This document shows, piece by piece, positions 30,164 to 32,000 of a stretch of 32,000 nucleotides of DNA. Numbering within the stretch: position 1 is the stretch's first letter; the number at the start of each line of letters is the position of its first letter. The stretch covers positions 750,001-782,000 of the forward strand of contig JAUIDC010000001.1 of NCBI GenBank assembly GCA_030429145.1. The letters run 5' to 3'. The translations under genes and the position numbers were made by a program. The notes beneath the pieces are model-generated. The model did no database searches. It saw only the letters and a list, made by a program, of their open reading frames with translations, and was not told the DNA's origin. Origin of the DNA: Candidatus Saccharimonadota bacterium (GTDB lineage: Bacteria > Patescibacteriota > Gracilibacteria > Absconditabacterales > Absconditicoccaceae).

Positions 30164-30997
30164 CTATACCTTATTTAGTAATAGCCCAAATAAATTATCT
30201 TCTTTTCTGTTATTATATCTCCAAACAAATTCATCTACATAAGCCTGCATCCATTGTTTGGAGACTCGATGATATATTCATCTAATACCTCTTTTGAGTA
30301 AGCTCCAAAATCACTCAAGAGTATTTGTGTATACATCTCCTACAGCTCGCTCCCATCTGCTATGACAGACAGTATCATGCTGATAGCAAAGGGATAGATT
30401 TCTATATCACCTTCGTTCATCTGAACATATCCTACTATGCTTTTCTACGTTTGCAAAAATAAAGGTTGTAAGGAACTCTTCTGTAGCGCTTTTCCCTATA
30501 GTTGCCTTTATCTTTCCTGTATCGCGATTAAGAATTCAAACAACCATAGTTTTATTTCTTTGCCAACCATTATTCCATCATCATTTAACTCTTCCTCCCA
30601 CATAAGTCTCATCGACTTCGCTAATTCATTTGAACATTGGGAGATCTTCCTTCATGAGTTTACGTATTTGTTGCATCATTCTCCAAGCCGTCTTATAGGT
30701 GACTCTTATCTGTCTCGCTAGTTGATTTGAAGACAATCACTTCTTACTATTTGCTATGAAATACATAGCAAGAAACCATTTATGCAATGGTGTAGAAGAC
30801 CTATAGAAGATGGTTCCACATTTCAATGTTTGCTGATGATTACAGCTGAATTTTCTACACTGATACTTTCTACTGTGAGATAATCTATACATAGTTGTTC
30901 CACATTTTTGACATATTACTTTTGATTTTATTTTTGCAAGATGTTCATAACATTCTTCATCGGTTCTAAATTTCTCGATGAACTCTATTAAATTCAT
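30164..30997 (-). CDS. IS1595-family DDE transposase with an N-terminal zinc ribbon
   Basis: Track ORF 30737..31015 carries the Zn ribbon CQKCG..C..C. It extends through 8 TGA to TAG 30164..30166. Motifs are ISEVDETYVGG, ICSDERR[G]Y, HSRW, YTNTLE[G]FWSLLKRGIR[G]IYH and YVDEFVWRYNNR. Length 277 aa. Confidence 0.85.
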
Positions 30998-31143
30998 TCT
31001 GCAATTATTAAACAATAAAAGTCAATAATTGTAATGCAAAACAATGGCTATAGCAAGCCATTATCATACACGTGTACGTGTATTTTTTAATTTTGTAAAG
31101 ATGCTTTTTTGCATCTATAAGAATAAAAATATATAATGTTAGT

Positions 31144-31488
31144 ATGAAAGAAGTTAGGATAAGAGACCCATTATATGGCATTTCTATTCAGGTATTCAGC
31201 GATATCTCTTTTGCAGATTGGAGAGAATCTTTTTGAATTTGAAAAGGGAAATCCGAAGTAAGTGTTGGGTGATTTACCTGGTATAATAATGAAACTTGAG
31301 GTGCACTCATATGGCTCAATAGAAAAGCATGACCAGAAATATTAATACACGAACTGTGGCATGCAATACATGGGGCATTAAAAGATAGATGATTCACTCC
31401 TAATAGCATTGCTGGGGAAGAGACGTATGCTTATCTTTTTCAATATTTTTATAGAAAGATGACTCAGAAAGGTTTATTTCCCAAATAA
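31144..31488 (+). CDS. Small HExxH-motif protein, 114 aa; putative Zn-metallopeptidase-like (ImmA/IrrE- or SprT-like?)
   Basis: Absent from the track. There are 6 TGA in 114 codons. The motif is LIHELWHAIH followed by GEETYAYLF. TAA at 31486..31488. Confidence 0.5.
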
Positions 31489-31512
31489 AAAAACACCGTT
31501 GTAGACGGTGTT
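31487..31512 (-). terminator. Intrinsic terminator for the minus-strand small gene
   Basis: Stem aacaccgt/acggtgtt with loop tgtag. A T-run follows only on the minus strand. Confidence 0.6.
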
Positions 31513-31541
31513 CAAGATCAATATTAGCAAAAGAAAAGATA

Positions 31542-31688
31542 TTATTTTCTCTTGCGATTGGTGCCTGACTTTTTTTCTCCATCAGAGGTGTAAGGATTAC
31601 TTCTTGCGTGTCCTTTCACCTTGGTACCGTCAGCTTTAGTATAACCAGGTATTCTGTTATACTTTTGACCTTTGTCTGTTTTAGCCAT
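31542..31688 (-). CDS. Small basic protein, 48 aa
   Basis: MAKTDKGQKYNRIPGYTKADGTKVKGHARSNPYTSDGEKKSGTNRKRK. The longer start in the track adds implausible sequence. TAA stop followed by a terminator. Confidence 0.35.
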   Translation of the reverse strand: MAKTDKGQKYNRIPGYTKADGTKVKGHARSNPYTSDGEKKSGTNRKRK

Positions 31689-31895
31689 AAGGTATGTGGT
31701 TAAGAAATAAAAGAGTGTTTTTTTGTGGGTATGTTCTTTGCGAACATGTTGTGTAATCTGCATAATAAGCTTATTGCTGATTACACCCTGACTATATAGA
31801 ACGTACGTTTCTTTTTCAAGAGATTTTCTATATATTGTGTTGCCGAACGTTTTTAGACACAATATATGTGTTGACAAAAAACATATACTTATACC

Positions 31896-31922
31896 TTATA
31901 CTTCTTTTAAGGGAGATTTATC
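31896..31922 (+). repeat. Right terminal inverted repeat (TTATACTTCTTTTAAGGGAGATTTATC)
   Basis: Matches the reverse complement of 28360..28386 at 25 of 27 positions. Confidence 0.8.
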
Positions 31923-31930
31923 ACTTGTTA
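31923..31930 (+). repeat. Target-site duplication, right copy (ACTTGTTA)
   Basis: Identical to 28352..28359. Confidence 0.8.
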
Positions 31931-31940
31931 AGTATCTCAT
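31923..31940 (-). pseudogene. 5' stub (ATG AGA TAC TTA ACA AGT) of the interrupted lipoprotein gene
   Basis: The minus strand reads atgagatacTTAACAAGT. When joined to 28351 downward it gives MRYLTSIITLLYIACSSC.., a complete lipoprotein signal peptide in the same frame. Confidence 0.7.
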
Positions 31941-32000
31941 ATTCGTGGTTTTTGTTTATAAAAATATTATAGTTCTCTATGAGTGTAAGTCAACCCTTGT

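Larger units (their letters stand above)
28360..31922 (-). mobile_element. IS1595-family cargo transposon, about 3563 bp, with 27-bp TIRs and an 8-bp TSD
   Basis: TIRs and TSD were read directly. An internal IS1595-type DDE transposase is present. Removing the element and one TSD copy restores an intact lipoprotein signal peptide. Every ORF called inside except the 48-aa ORF at 31542..31688 carries in-frame TGA (Gly) codons. Confidence 0.8.

Noticed and set aside
31188-31582. Track ORFs 31188..31409 (-) and 31400..31582 (-)
   Set aside because: They are antisense to, or overlap, the plus-strand HExxH gene and the terminator. Under code 25 the plus-strand frame gives a coherent motif-bearing protein.

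Overview
This is a low-GC bacterial chromosomal segment that only reads sensibly under genetic code 25 (TGA = Gly), the code of Absconditabacteria/SR1 and Gracilibacteria in the CPR/Patescibacteria. The standard-code ORF track splits almost every conserved gene at TGA. The pieces rejoin in frame, and the TGAs fall on invariant Gly positions such as SG[G]VDS in MnmA, V[G]EIR in PilB, GTGG[G] in RsmG, GID[G]RKMSKS in TrpS and the GroEL M[G]GMGGMM tail. I re-joined the fragments by hand translation.

Positions 1.7-24 kb are mostly housekeeping: mnmA, a pilB-like ATPase, truD, trpS, an M19 dipeptidase, rsmG, groES-groEL with a degenerate CIRCE, ligA, rpoD, pheT and an ABC-F ATPase. This block is interrupted by a 2 kb AT-rich stretch (5.9-7.8 kb) with few ORFs and several GC-rich hairpins.

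Positions 24-32 kb look accessory. They hold a PIN-like (DUF4935-type) protein, trxA, an orphan AbiEi-like regulator and three small lipoprotein-type genes. They also hold a 3.56 kb IS1595-family cargo transposon (28360..31922) with 27-bp terminal inverted repeats and an 8-bp target-site duplication (ACTTGTTA). The transposon has split a lipoprotein gene after its third codon. Its cargo includes a Panacea/SocA-like antitoxin-domain gene coupled to an unknown 161-aa gene, which is a candidate new toxin-antitoxin pair.

Under code 25, rpoD is fused in frame to a 189-aa Lys/Ala-rich histone-H1-like N-terminal domain.

I recognised no rRNA, tRNA or CRISPR array. Hand-derived coordinates were checked by codon counts against the ORF track but may be off by 1 nt inside homopolymer runs.
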